IMG/VR virus record: IMGVR_UViG_3300047994_000374
Location: 1-64,000 of that record
DNA: 64,000 bases
Strand: one strand, 5' to 3'
In this document: positions 1 to 8,247 of the stretch, in pieces
Position numbering within the stretch: the first letter of the stretch is position 1
How the letters are laid out: each line of letters starts with the position of its first letter
Notes under the pieces: generated by a model
Told to the model about the DNA's origin: nothing
What the model saw: the letters and a program-made list of their open reading frames with translations, nothing else
Database searches by the model: none
Translations under genes and position numbers: made by a program

Positions 1-66
1 CTTTTTCTAAAGGGATCGAATTATGCGATACACTAATCGAATCTTGAGATCCAAGTACTTATCCGA

Positions 67-318
67 TTAATTTTCACCCCAAATCACATCATCTACTTCA
101 ACGGTAGGAATATAATCAGGATCACCAGCCAAAAACATTGCATCAAGCAAATCTGAAAGATCAGCTGCTTCATAGGCTTTTTCTTTAAGCCCCTTGTCAG
201 AACAATCATTCGCATACATCACTAGAGCTTCTTTAAAAAGTTCCAATGACTTCTGTGCACCATTTTCTTCAATCATTTTAACCAGAATTTTATCGAAACT
301 AATCATTTTCTTGCTCAC
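67..318 (-). CDS. hypothetical acidic protein
   Basis: ORF track; co-oriented with neighbours; no motif recognised. Confidence 0.6.
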   Translation of the reverse strand: MSKKMISFDKILVKMIEENGAQKSLELFKEALVMYANDCSDKGLKEKAYEAADLSDLLDAMFLAGDPDYIPTVEVDDVIWGEN

Positions 319-341
319 GACATGTATCTTTCTTTTTGTTA

Positions 342-707
342 TTAATTTTGAATATGAGGAATGATTGGAGTAAGTTTAAGTTTCATTTCAAACTCTTCTA
401 ATCTAATTAATGTATCTTTTGCTTGTTCGCTTGCATCACCAAAGTAAAAGTTATCGCTTATTTTTGTAAGAAAACTTTTGATTTTAGATAATGAAGCACG
501 ATCAAATGTATATTCTATTGGCTCATTGTCAAGGAGTTTGTGAATTTGTGATTGAATTTTCCATCCCAAACTATTATATTCTGCGCAAATGGATAAGATT
601 TCGGATATGTCCAGGGCATTGCTGTAGGGTTGATTGTCATCGTTGTCGGCTTCCGTGTTAATGAATTTGGTGGAATTTGGCTTTGCGGTCATGTAAATCT
701 CCTGCAA
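342..707 (-). CDS. hypothetical protein
   Basis: ORF track; GGAG 5' of the ATG. Confidence 0.65.
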   Translation of the reverse strand: MQEIYMTAKPNSTKFINTEADNDDNQPYSNALDISEILSICAEYNSLGWKIQSQIHKLLDNEPIEYTFDRASLSKIKSFLTKISDNFYFGDASEQAKDTLIRLEEFEMKLKLTPIIPHIQN

Positions 708-818
708 ATGTTTATCTCTTTATGTTTCTGGATCTTATAGGGCGCCCAACTGCCATTACAATCAAAAAAAATGTAGCAATTCCTCCTGTGTTTTATATAT
801 GAATACGAATTTATTGAC

Positions 819-1046
819 TTAGAAAAATGCCGCTAATTTAATTAAACGTAATGCATCTTCTTCTGTGTATTGGGTAAATTGATCGTGAGCCAATCTATAT
901 AATTTTTCACCATCACGATTTACATAAACTGCAAAATATCTAATATCCCCATCATCATAATTGCTATGCTTTTCACGATGGACCAATGATCCGCCCATTT
1001 TCAACCAATATTTTTCAATTTCAGGATGCATTATAAGAACGCCCAC
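819..1046 (-). CDS. tail-family protein, MHPEI subfamily
   Basis: MHPEI..YW...YTEE..; ends RLIKLAAFF; likely start at 1031 (TAATG overlap). Confidence 0.75.
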   Translation of the reverse strand: MGVLIMHPEIEKYWLKMGGSLVHREKHSNYDDGDIRYFAVYVNRDGEKLYRLAHDQFTQYTEEDALRLIKLAAFF

Positions 1047-1261
1047 ATTCGAATTATTCTCAGCGCTTCTTTTTCAGTATATTCTTCGCCAAAATTCTCA
1101 AATCGATAAATGATTTCGTTTTTCGAAGGAACAAAACGCCAAATACAAAAAATTGAATTACCATTCGGTTCATCATAATCCACAAATCTTAAATGGTCGA
1201 AAGTAACAAATTTTCCACCACGATTCTCCCAAAATTTTTTAATCTCTGGATGTGGAACCAT
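1031..1261 (-). CDS. tail-family protein, MHPEI subfamily
   Basis: HPEIKKFW...YTEKEA; ends RIIRMWAFL. Confidence 0.75.
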   Translation of the reverse strand: MVPHPEIKKFWENRGGKFVTFDHLRFVDYDEPNGNSIFCIWRFVPSKNEIIYRFENFGEEYTEKEALRIIRMWAFL

Positions 1262-1471
1262 TTACCAAAATGCTTTTATCTTAATCATCTTTCGTGCTTC
1301 TTCTTCGGTATAATATTTTAGATCATTATTATCAAATTTATATCGTAAAGTAGATGCATCAAAACATGCCCAAACCCACCGGCCATCATCATACAGAAAG
1401 TCCCAGAAGACAACGGTGTTTTGCATTCTACCTGGTTGAGCGAGCCAATAAGCTTTTATTTCTGGATGCAC
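1262..1471 (-). CDS. tail-family protein, MHPEI subfamily
   Basis: MHPEIKAYW...YTEEEA; ends KMIKIKAFW. Confidence 0.75.
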   Translation of the reverse strand: MHPEIKAYWLAQPGRMQNTVVFWDFLYDDGRWVWACFDASTLRYKFDNNDLKYYTEEEARKMIKIKAFW

Positions 1472-1473
1472 TT

Positions 1474-2001
1474 TTAATCTTGGTGAAGTTCTTTAGTAGC
1501 CAAGTTATAGTTATTAAATTTTTTGTCGGTTGTCACATCTTTAATTACTTTTAAGAAAGGCGGTAATTCTACTTTATCAGAGATCGAGGATAGTTCTATC
1601 TCAAGTATCGCTAAACCACTTAATGCGTTTTTAAAAATGTCCAATTCAAATACTTGGTTATTATACTTAAAAACAAACCGAGTTTTTTGAACCTCAGACT
1701 TATCTTTTCGAGCATCTTTTAAATGCTTTTCGTATTGTGCCTTGGTGATTTCATATTCCTTCTCTTCATGAACTCCAGGCTTGACGGGTTTCTTTTGATT
1801 GAAGTGATATTCAACATCTTCACCATTTAAGCCATGCACTGTTTTTCGAACACGAGCGGAAGGTTCGTCGCCTTCGGGTTCCAAATAGGTTTGTTCAATT
1901 TTAAGAATATCAATCATACCATCGAACATCTCGGACAACTTACTCCAAGATGATGGTACTTCAACAATGTATTTACGTTCCGCTTCTTCTTTAGTTCCCA
2001 T
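1474..2001 (-). CDS. CYTH-domain (triphosphate tunnel metalloenzyme) protein
   Basis: N-terminal ExERKY motif, IEQTYL, RVRK, KTRF, ELD and EIEL motifs. Confidence 0.85.
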   Translation of the reverse strand: MGTKEEAERKYIVEVPSSWSKLSEMFDGMIDILKIEQTYLEPEGDEPSARVRKTVHGLNGEDVEYHFNQKKPVKPGVHEEKEYEITKAQYEKHLKDARKDKSEVQKTRFVFKYNNQVFELDIFKNALSGLAILEIELSSISDKVELPPFLKVIKDVTTDKKFNNYNLATKELHQD

Positions 2002-2025
2002 GTATTAGTATAACCTTTTAGTCGT

Positions 2026-2149
2026 TTACAAGAAAGCCTGAATTTTTACAAGCGACCGTATCTTATTTTGTAAGTCTTTGGTAAATGGAATCCCTTCGCC
2101 CTGCCATTTCTTCTAAAGCTTTACCACAAAACAAACATGTCTCAAGCAT
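2026..2149 (-). pseudogene. internally deleted, frameshifted tail-family gene
   Basis: Starts MLETCLFCGK (CxxC); a different frame ends ..KIRSLVKIQAFL*; 124 nt, not a multiple of 3. Confidence 0.6.
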
Positions 2150-2150
2150 C

Positions 2151-2483
2151 TTAATAACCTCGTTGCCTGCATGAATAACAAATTAAAGTTCCATCTTCTT
2201 GATTTGGCTCGGCAAATTGAAAGAAGTTTGTGCATTTGCAGCAATAAAATCCGTCCAATCCTTTTTTATATTTGGCATCCTCCATGAAAACTTCCAACCG
2301 ATCAACTAAAGATAAGAGATTAATATTTACTAATTTCTCTTGAACAAGCCAAGTAAAATAAGAAGCAGTATTCGAGGTTCCCTGATCTGTTTTATCCGGG
2401 TCTGCAATATTGAATTCAGCTGAATGGTCTTGTGCCCATGATTTGATTAATTGGGTTAAGAGATTTTTGTTTCGAATGCTCAT
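2151..2483 (-). CDS. hypothetical protein with C-terminal Zn module (NQxDGTLICxxC family)
   Basis: CCKC...AEPNQEDGTLICYSCRQRGY, shared with 21222-21518 and 21722-22159. Confidence 0.7.
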   Translation of the reverse strand: MSIRNKNLLTQLIKSWAQDHSAEFNIADPDKTDQGTSNTASYFTWLVQEKLVNINLLSLVDRLEVFMEDAKYKKGLDGFYCCKCTNFFQFAEPNQEDGTLICYSCRQRGY

Positions 2484-2515
2484 AATTCCTCGCCGGTAAT
2501 ATAAGCAGTTAAGAA

Positions 2516-3070
2516 TTAAATGTCAATCTCATACTTATCAGTAAGTTCTTCGCCCAAATTTTCAACAATCTTCTTACGATAATATTCGCTTGAAGTATGT
2601 TCTGGTGAAGGAAGTTTGTCAATTTTACCAAGTTGCCGCTGTCGTGAGTATTTGCCAGCACAGCTTCGACCACAGAACCATCCGCCAACATTTCGCTTGG
2701 ATTTATCTCTCATAAGCCTTGGGGACCGCTCAAAGTCCTTATCGCACATTTGGCACTTGAGCTTGATTAGTTTTACTCGTCTCGTGTCGCCTTCAGAGTG
2801 CTCGGCTCGTGGAAGGATTTGAAGGTTTTCGATGCGATTGTCATTAAAGTCAAAGTTCTTATGGTCGATCGTTTCATCGTCACCAAGAGTTCTTTGTAAA
2901 TGTTCTTGGAGCAAAAATTTAGGGTATGACATAGTTTTATTAGTGCCATCATCCTTTTTAATAATAACTATTTGCCTACCATCTTGTTTCCGATAGGGTC
3001 CGAATATTTTATCAGCCTCTGCCTTTAAACAATAATCTTCGGCTAATTTAAGTATCTGCCCATAATCCAT
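2516..3070 (-). CDS. HNH endonuclease with C-terminal zinc finger
   Basis: TIDHKNFDFNDNRIENLQIL HNH motif; CQMC...FCGRSC. Confidence 0.85.
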   Translation of the reverse strand: MDYGQILKLAEDYCLKAEADKIFGPYRKQDGRQIVIIKKDDGTNKTMSYPKFLLQEHLQRTLGDDETIDHKNFDFNDNRIENLQILPRAEHSEGDTRRVKLIKLKCQMCDKDFERSPRLMRDKSKRNVGGWFCGRSCAGKYSRQRQLGKIDKLPSPEHTSSEYYRKKIVENLGEELTDKYEIDI

Positions 3071-3387
3071 ATGAATATACCAGATTACTGAAAGGTTATG
3101 AGCGTTCGAATACGATTAAGAAGCCTATCTTTTGTGATGGTTTGAAAATCAATTACATTTCCATCTATATAACAATACTTTGGCTTAAATTGTTCTAATA
3201 CTGATCCATCACCATCGCATTTATGAATAGATATAATGTTCTTGATTGGATTAGAGTGAGTTTTAACGATGGTATAAAGTGTTTCACCATCATAAACTCG
3301 ACAATCTTCTTTTTCTAATTTAAATGGAATGTCCCAATGATTGAACCAAATTAAATAATGAGTGAATTACCATTGTATTAATGCAAT

Positions 3388-4551
3388 TTAATGCAATGAC
3401 TTCTGAGGCAAATCAGAATGATTTGCCGCAAGGCTTAAACCAAGCCTTTTAATATTGATTGCTGCGTTTTGATCCCTGCTCATTGCGAAGTCACAAGCTT
3501 CGCAATGATATTCTCGCTCACTCAAAGATAAACTTTCTTTTATCTGTAAACACTTTGAGCATGTCTTTGATGTATTCTTCGGATCAACTGAGGTTACTTT
3601 CTTATCAGCTCTTTCGGCCTTATAAGTTAGCTTTTGAATAAAACTTCCCCAGCTTGCTTCTGTTATACTTTTTACTAAATTTGTATGACCTTCTTTAATC
3701 ATATTTTGAATATTAAGCTTTTCGAAAATGATTTCATCATTTTCTCTTAACAACTTTAATGATAACTTATGTTGAAAGTCTTCTTTAATATTATGAACTT
3801 TTTGATACGCTTTTGCTAATTGACTCTTCGCCTTGAAGCGGTTCTTGGAGCCCTTCTTTTTAAGGGCAAGCTTTTGATTAAGGAAAGCTAGCTTCTCTTT
3901 AGCAGTCTTGTAGGGCTTTGGATGATGGGACTGCGTCCCATCATCCGTGGTAATGAAAGAAGAAATACCTAAGTCAATAGCTACTGTCTTTTGAGTTTTA
4001 GCTAAAGGTTGAAGGGGAACCTCATCACAAGAAAGAATAAGATAAAACTTGTCAGCTTCTTTTTTAATGGTAACTGTTTTGCATCGTCCTTGAACAGGAC
4101 GATGCCACTTCACTTTGAGTTCTCCTGGAAGTCCAAATACTTTTAACTTTTTATTGGCAAGAAGTTTAACGCCTCGTGTTTTCAGATCGGCTTGAGGAAA
4201 AATAATAGAACGAAAACGATCTGCTGATTTATAGCGAGGAAATCCTGCTTTTTTGCCGGATTTCTGCTTAACTCTTCTGAAAAAGCTTTTATAGGATGCG
4301 TCTAACTTTTTAAGAACTTGCTGAAGGCTTTGAGCATAAATAGTATTAACTTGATCTTTAAATTCTTTTCTTATTTCTGGAAGTTCAGCAGACTGTTTGT
4401 TATAAGATAAACTTTTATGACATTTCTTATAATAAGAATTCCGCTCTTGCAGAGCGGAATTATACAGAAAACAACAAAAGTTAAAGTTATTTTGAATAAC
4501 TTTTTGCTGAGCTTTGGTTGGGTAAATTCTGTATTTAAAGGATAGTTTCAT
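3388..4551 (-). CDS. tnpB: TnpB RNA-guided endonuclease
   Basis: N-terminal YRIYPT; RuvC D (AIDLG), E (IFEKL), D (RDQNAAINI); Zn finger CSKC/CEAC. Confidence 0.95.
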   Translation of the reverse strand: MKLSFKYRIYPTKAQQKVIQNNFNFCCFLYNSALQERNSYYKKCHKSLSYNKQSAELPEIRKEFKDQVNTIYAQSLQQVLKKLDASYKSFFRRVKQKSGKKAGFPRYKSADRFRSIIFPQADLKTRGVKLLANKKLKVFGLPGELKVKWHRPVQGRCKTVTIKKEADKFYLILSCDEVPLQPLAKTQKTVAIDLGISSFITTDDGTQSHHPKPYKTAKEKLAFLNQKLALKKKGSKNRFKAKSQLAKAYQKVHNIKEDFQHKLSLKLLRENDEIIFEKLNIQNMIKEGHTNLVKSITEASWGSFIQKLTYKAERADKKVTSVDPKNTSKTCSKCLQIKESLSLSEREYHCEACDFAMSRDQNAAINIKRLGLSLAANHSDLPQKSLH

Positions 4552-4572
4552 GAGTTAATTTCAACTTTATTT

Positions 4573-4600
4573 AATATAATTATCATTTTTTATTTGTCAA
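4573..4600 (-). promoter_or_regulatory. sigma70-like promoter for tnpB1
   Basis: TTGACA-N16-TATATT on the minus strand. Confidence 0.55.
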
Positions 4601-4646
4601 TACATCCGCTGCCTTTAGGCAGCGGACTTTTGAGGGATGATAGATT

Positions 4647-5138
4647 TTAGTCATTGTATTGGACCATAGCGTGTCGAATTACGCATGCTTTATTAATAAA
4701 TACAACACCGCTAACTTCCGTTCCATCACCTACAGCTTGATTGGTATAAACAAGATCAATCATCGTATCATTCAAGTCATTCTTACGGATCAAATTAAGC
4801 TTCCAATACTCTGGCTTGCTTGCTTCTGACTTCAAAAAATCCGTCATACCATCATTATCCTCAATGAGCTTTGAATAGTCACCAAGAGGAGCAATATTTG
4901 GCAGTTCAAGCGTCAATGATTCAGCCTTATCTCTCAATACAGTAGATAGCTTTTCAGTAAATCGTTGTGCATTTTCATCAATCAATGCTAAAACTTCTGG
5001 AGCCATACCCATACCCTCAAGCAGTCGAGCTTCAAGTTCTTTGTATTCGTCTTCTGTAATTCCAATGTCCTTAAGTTTCTTTTGAAGATTAGGATCAAGG
5101 TTTTTGTTTTCTTTAGAGTAATCGTCAAGCCAGCTCAT
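4647..5138 (-). CDS. hypothetical acidic protein
   Basis: ORF track; GGAAAA 5' of the ATG. Confidence 0.7.
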   Translation of the reverse strand: MSWLDDYSKENKNLDPNLQKKLKDIGITEDEYKELEARLLEGMGMAPEVLALIDENAQRFTEKLSTVLRDKAESLTLELPNIAPLGDYSKLIEDNDGMTDFLKSEASKPEYWKLNLIRKNDLNDTMIDLVYTNQAVGDGTEVSGVVFINKACVIRHAMVQYND

Positions 5139-5153
5139 AATGTAATTTTCCTT

Positions 5154-5459
5154 TTATAAAAATGTTTGTAATTTAACTAATCGTTTAGTTTTGTTTATTA
5201 ATTCTTTATCAGGCTCCCAAAAATCATTTATTTCAAATAATGCCGCTTCTGAATAGTTCCCAGGATTTCTTTGATGTAGTGTACTTACACTCTTTTCTTT
5301 AGATGAACGAAATATAAATCTTTCATTATTAAATATGAATGTATAGGTGTATCCTGCGCTTTTTACCCACTTCGAAAAATGATGATCTTGCTCGTTAACT
5401 GAACATTGCGGACCATTAAAAGGTTTATCACATATAGGGCATTTGTCAAGTTGAATCAT
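5154..5459 (-). CDS. tail-family protein with N-terminal CxxC
   Basis: CPIC..C; ends RLVKLQTFL; ATGA-coupled. Confidence 0.75.
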   Translation of the reverse strand: MIQLDKCPICDKPFNGPQCSVNEQDHHFSKWVKSAGYTYTFIFNNERFIFRSSKEKSVSTLHQRNPGNYSEAALFEINDFWEPDKELINKTKRLVKLQTFL

Positions 5460-5653
5460 GTGAATGCCGGAAGTAGTAATGCTAATTTAAATTTATTACA
5501 AATTGGAACAAAACAACTTTTACAAATTCGATTTCTACCAGGATACATATTAATTACAGCGAAGACATCATGTGTATTTAATAATTCATCACACTCATCA
5601 CATGTCCAAGCTCCGCTCCATCTTTCAACTTTAATTACTTTAATATCTATCAT
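5456..5653 (-). CDS. tail-family C4 zinc-finger protein
   Basis: CDEC/CKSC; ends LLLPAFT. Confidence 0.75.
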   Translation of the reverse strand: MIDIKVIKVERWSGAWTCDECDELLNTHDVFAVINMYPGRNRICKSCFVPICNKFKLALLLPAFT

Positions 5654-5880
5654 GCAAATGCCTTCAATTTAGGATCCATTGCCATTCTAAATTTATCACA
5701 AATGGGACCAAAACATTTTTCGCACAAGTAAATTACTCCACCAAAAGATTTATTGAAATAAATCCTGGCATAATTTTTGTGCTGATATAAACGACTATCA
5801 CATTCGGCGCATTTCCAATCGTATGACATCATAACTACGTTTTGAGAGTCGCGGCATGGTATAATTGTAATTTCGATCAT
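5650..5880 (-). CDS. tail-family C4 zinc-finger protein
   Basis: CAEC/CEKC; ends DPKLKAFA. Confidence 0.75.
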   Translation of the reverse strand: MIEITIIPCRDSQNVVMMSYDWKCAECDSRLYQHKNYARIYFNKSFGGVIYLCEKCFGPICDKFRMAMDPKLKAFA

Positions 5881-6092
5881 GTGAAAGCTCTAATATTGGG
5901 ATCAAGTTTTATTCTGACCTCTTTAACAAAGAGCGGAATACAAGCATTGCATAAATTAAAAGCATAATCTGCAAACTGACAATAAGCATATTGAGATCCT
6001 TCTGCTATTTCAGAACTACACATACGACAATAAGATACGAGATGCCATTCTGTACTAGTTTCTGTTAAATTAACAATTTCAAATTGAATCAT
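5877..6092 (-). CDS. tail-family C4 zinc-finger protein
   Basis: CRMC/CNAC; ends DPNIRAFT. Confidence 0.75.
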   Translation of the reverse strand: MIQFEIVNLTETSTEWHLVSYCRMCSSEIAEGSQYAYCQFADYAFNLCNACIPLFVKEVRIKLDPNIRAFT

Positions 6093-6313
6093 GTAAATGC
6101 TCTTAATTTTGGATCCATCGCCACTCTAATATCTTTAAAAACACTGTCAATACACCCTCCACAAATATAAAATGTTTCGTCTCTATCGTAAGTTGCATCT
6201 CGAAAATGAAACCTTACGCACGTTGTTCCTACTTTAATGCGTTCTGTAAGTTTTTCGCAGCCTTCATTGGCACAAAAAATATATGAAATAGCTTCTACAA
6301 GTTCAATTTTCAT
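6089..6313 (-). CDS. tail-family C4 zinc-finger protein
   Basis: CANEGC/CGGC; ends DPKLRAFT. Confidence 0.75.
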   Translation of the reverse strand: MKIELVEAISYIFCANEGCEKLTERIKVGTTCVRFHFRDATYDRDETFYICGGCIDSVFKDIRVAMDPKLRAFT

Positions 6314-6513
6314 GTGAAGGCTTTTAATTTCGGATCAAATAGAAGCCGGACTTTCTCTACGAATGGTCCAAAGCAACCTTCACAAATAAGCATCCTACCA
6401 GCATAATAAGAATCAATTTCTCCGGCAACTTTATAGATGTTTAATTGACCATCACAAAAATCACATGAATAATAATCTTCTTCAGATGTTTCTCGAATAT
6501 TAAGATCAATCAT
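6310..6513 (-). CDS. tail-family C4 zinc-finger protein
   Basis: CDFC/CEGC; ends DPKLKAFT. Confidence 0.75.
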   Translation of the reverse strand: MIDLNIRETSEEDYYSCDFCDGQLNIYKVAGEIDSYYAGRMLICEGCFGPFVEKVRLLFDPKLKAFT

Positions 6514-6713
6514 GTAAATGCTGTAATTGCTTCGTCTAAGTTTAAACGAACTTCAGTTACAAAAGGTTTAAAACAATCAGCGCAAAGTTTCAAATTGCCG
6601 GCTTGACAAGAAATAATTGCCATTTTTTGACCTTTATTTAATGGTTTTTCGCACCAAAGACATTCACTATAGTGTTTGCCTGAACCTATTATAACTTTAA
6701 TGTAGCAGCTCAT
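6510..6713 (-). CDS. tail-family C4 zinc-finger protein
   Basis: CLWC/CADC; ends DEAITAFT. Confidence 0.75.
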   Translation of the reverse strand: MSCYIKVIIGSGKHYSECLWCEKPLNKGQKMAIISCQAGNLKLCADCFKPFVTEVRLNLDEAITAFT

Positions 6714-7120
6714 TTTAAAAACACATTAGGAAAGTGTAGTTTAAAAGTAGCAAGAGCTGCTCGATTATAAGACCCAAATGCAGCAGTTTCATCGGAAGTC
6801 AATTGTTTCGCAGTAATCCAAGCGACTTCCATATCCTCACACTTAGATGGTTCGCCTTCCCAATCTGTAGCATAAAAACAATAGGACATAAAGTCAATCC
6901 CATCAGGAGAATGTTTTGGTTCGAATTGATGAAAAATCTCTACGCAATCCTTTACAACCACTCCGGTTTCTTCTTTAGTTTCTCGAATGGCAGCTTCTTT
7001 AATTGTTTCTCCATCGTCTTGTTTTCCGCCGATTAATCCCCATTTGGTTTTATCAGATCTTCGCGTAATCCCAAGAATAAGACCATCTTTTATAATTAAC
7101 ATCACGGCTGCGTTTTTCAT
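6710..7120 (-). CDS. NUDIX hydrolase
   Basis: Nudix box GGKQDDGETIKEAAIRETKEETG. Confidence 0.92.
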   Translation of the reverse strand: MKNAAVMLIIKDGLILGITRRSDKTKWGLIGGKQDDGETIKEAAIRETKEETGVVVKDCVEIFHQFEPKHSPDGIDFMSYCFYATDWEGEPSKCEDMEVAWITAKQLTSDETAAFGSYNRAALATFKLHFPNVFLK

Positions 7121-7269
7121 AGGAATGCTTTCAATTTGATGAATTTAAGATCATTGGATAATTTTAAAAGTAGCCCAATCGGAAAGTAGTTTAGGACGAT
7201 GTGTGCAATTAGAATCGTTAGCGTTGCATGGATTTCCTTTTCCTTCTGGGAATTTCTGACAAACTTCAT
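7117..7269 (-). other. overprinted 50-aa ORF or orphan tail ending KFIKLKAFL
   Basis: Alternative frame of 7151-7381; its TGA overlaps the NUDIX ATG (ATGA). Confidence 0.45.
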
Positions 7270-7381
7270 AAAGATAACAGGTGTCACAAATATAATCGTT
7301 ATATTCGGTAAGAGCGTGTTCTAAATTCTCTTCTCCGTTTTTACAGCCATCACATTTACAATAATTACAAAATGGAATCAT
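7151..7381 (-). CDS. Cys-rich hypothetical protein
   Basis: Multiple CxxC; ATGA-coupled to the upstream gene. Confidence 0.7.
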   Translation of the reverse strand: MIPFCNYCKCDGCKNGEENLEHALTEYNDYICDTCYLYEVCQKFPEGKGNPCNANDSNCTHRPKLLSDWATFKIIQ

Positions 7382-7734
7382 CCGAAAACCATGATTTTTT
7401 TCATTCGTGCCATTACTTCATGATAAAGCTTTATAGGATCGGTAAAATTAAATTCAGTTTCCCAATGCAAGCTCAAAATATCTTCAAGCCAATCTTCATC
7501 ATTCCGCTGAATCCATTTTACAGTATTACTCGGTGTATTAAACTCAATCCAATTTTTGCCATCAATATTAAGTTGCATCCGTGACCACTCGGTGATTCGT
7601 ATATAATAGCACTCGTAATTAAGCTCATCCAAGCAGGCTGGGCAATAATATTCAGTTGGAAAATTATTTGAATTGACTAACTTGCCCTTACAAATTATAC
7701 ATGGTAATTTTGTCAGATCCTCAATAGAAATCAT
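7378..7734 (-). CDS. tail-family protein with N-terminal C4 ribbon
   Basis: CIIC/CPAC; ends RMKKIMVFG. Confidence 0.72.
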   Translation of the reverse strand: MISIEDLTKLPCIICKGKLVNSNNFPTEYYCPACLDELNYECYYIRITEWSRMQLNIDGKNWIEFNTPSNTVKWIQRNDEDWLEDILSLHWETEFNFTDPIKLYHEVMARMKKIMVFG

Positions 7735-8003
7735 GTGAAAGCTTTAATTTTTTCAGACTTTGCGTACACTCCTTTGTAAAGATCTCTAATCTCAGATTCA
7801 ATTTTACAGGGATAGGTCGAGAAGTTATCAGACCAATTGTATTCAAAATGTTTTAAATGGCGATAAGATTTTCTATTTTTAAAAGTGGAGTGTGTGCTTT
7901 GAATATACACCTCTAAAATCACTTCATTTGTGTTGTCATCCAAATGAAATTCAAGTTTGTATTGAATAGTTCTGTCTTCCAATGTTTTCGATAATAGAAT
8001 CAT
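7731..8003 (-). CDS. tail-family protein
   Basis: Ends SEKIKAFT. Confidence 0.7.
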   Translation of the reverse strand: MILLSKTLEDRTIQYKLEFHLDDNTNEVILEVYIQSTHSTFKNRKSYRHLKHFEYNWSDNFSTYPCKIESEIRDLYKGVYAKSEKIKAFT

Positions 8004-8053
8004 TTCAGGCTTTCAATCCAAAATATAAAGCTAAAATTTAAATATGCAAGGGT

Positions 8054-8218
8054 TTAATCGCGCAAAACGGAACATTTGCCATTACAACCGGCACAATCAA
8101 GTTCCATTTTGCCATCTCTAACCTTTTCTAAATCTTCAGGCTCTTCAAGTTCAAGATCATAAATGGTATTGCAATCATTACATCGGAACAGGAAATGGGA
8201 AATCAGTTCGGAAAACAT
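8054..8218 (-). CDS. small zinc-ribbon protein (54 aa, not in track)
   Basis: MFSELISHFLFRCNDC...CAGC...VLRD*. Confidence 0.6.
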   Translation of the reverse strand: MFSELISHFLFRCNDCNTIYDLELEEPEDLEKVRDGKMELDCAGCNGKCSVLRD

Positions 8219-8247
8219 AACTATATATCAAATGAGCGGTAGATTGA

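Larger units (their letters stand above)
3362..4636 (-). mobile_element. non-autonomous IS200/IS605-family element 1 (tnpB only), 1275 bp
   Basis: Left-end hairpin TCCGCTGCC-TTTA-GGCAGCGGA at 4605-4626; right end ...GAAG-hairpin-GGTAATTCAC; no tnpA. Confidence 0.85.
3085..4654 (-). pseudogene. tail-family gene split by IS element 1
   Basis: 4654-4637 (MTKIYH) joined to 3357-3085 gives a stop-free 96-aa ORF ending RIRTLITFQ. Confidence 0.8.

Noticed and set aside
5456-6713. Integron-like cassette array with the tail as a DNA recombination site
   Set aside because: Tail codons vary synonymously, genes overlap with no attC-like palindromes, and no integrase is in the window.
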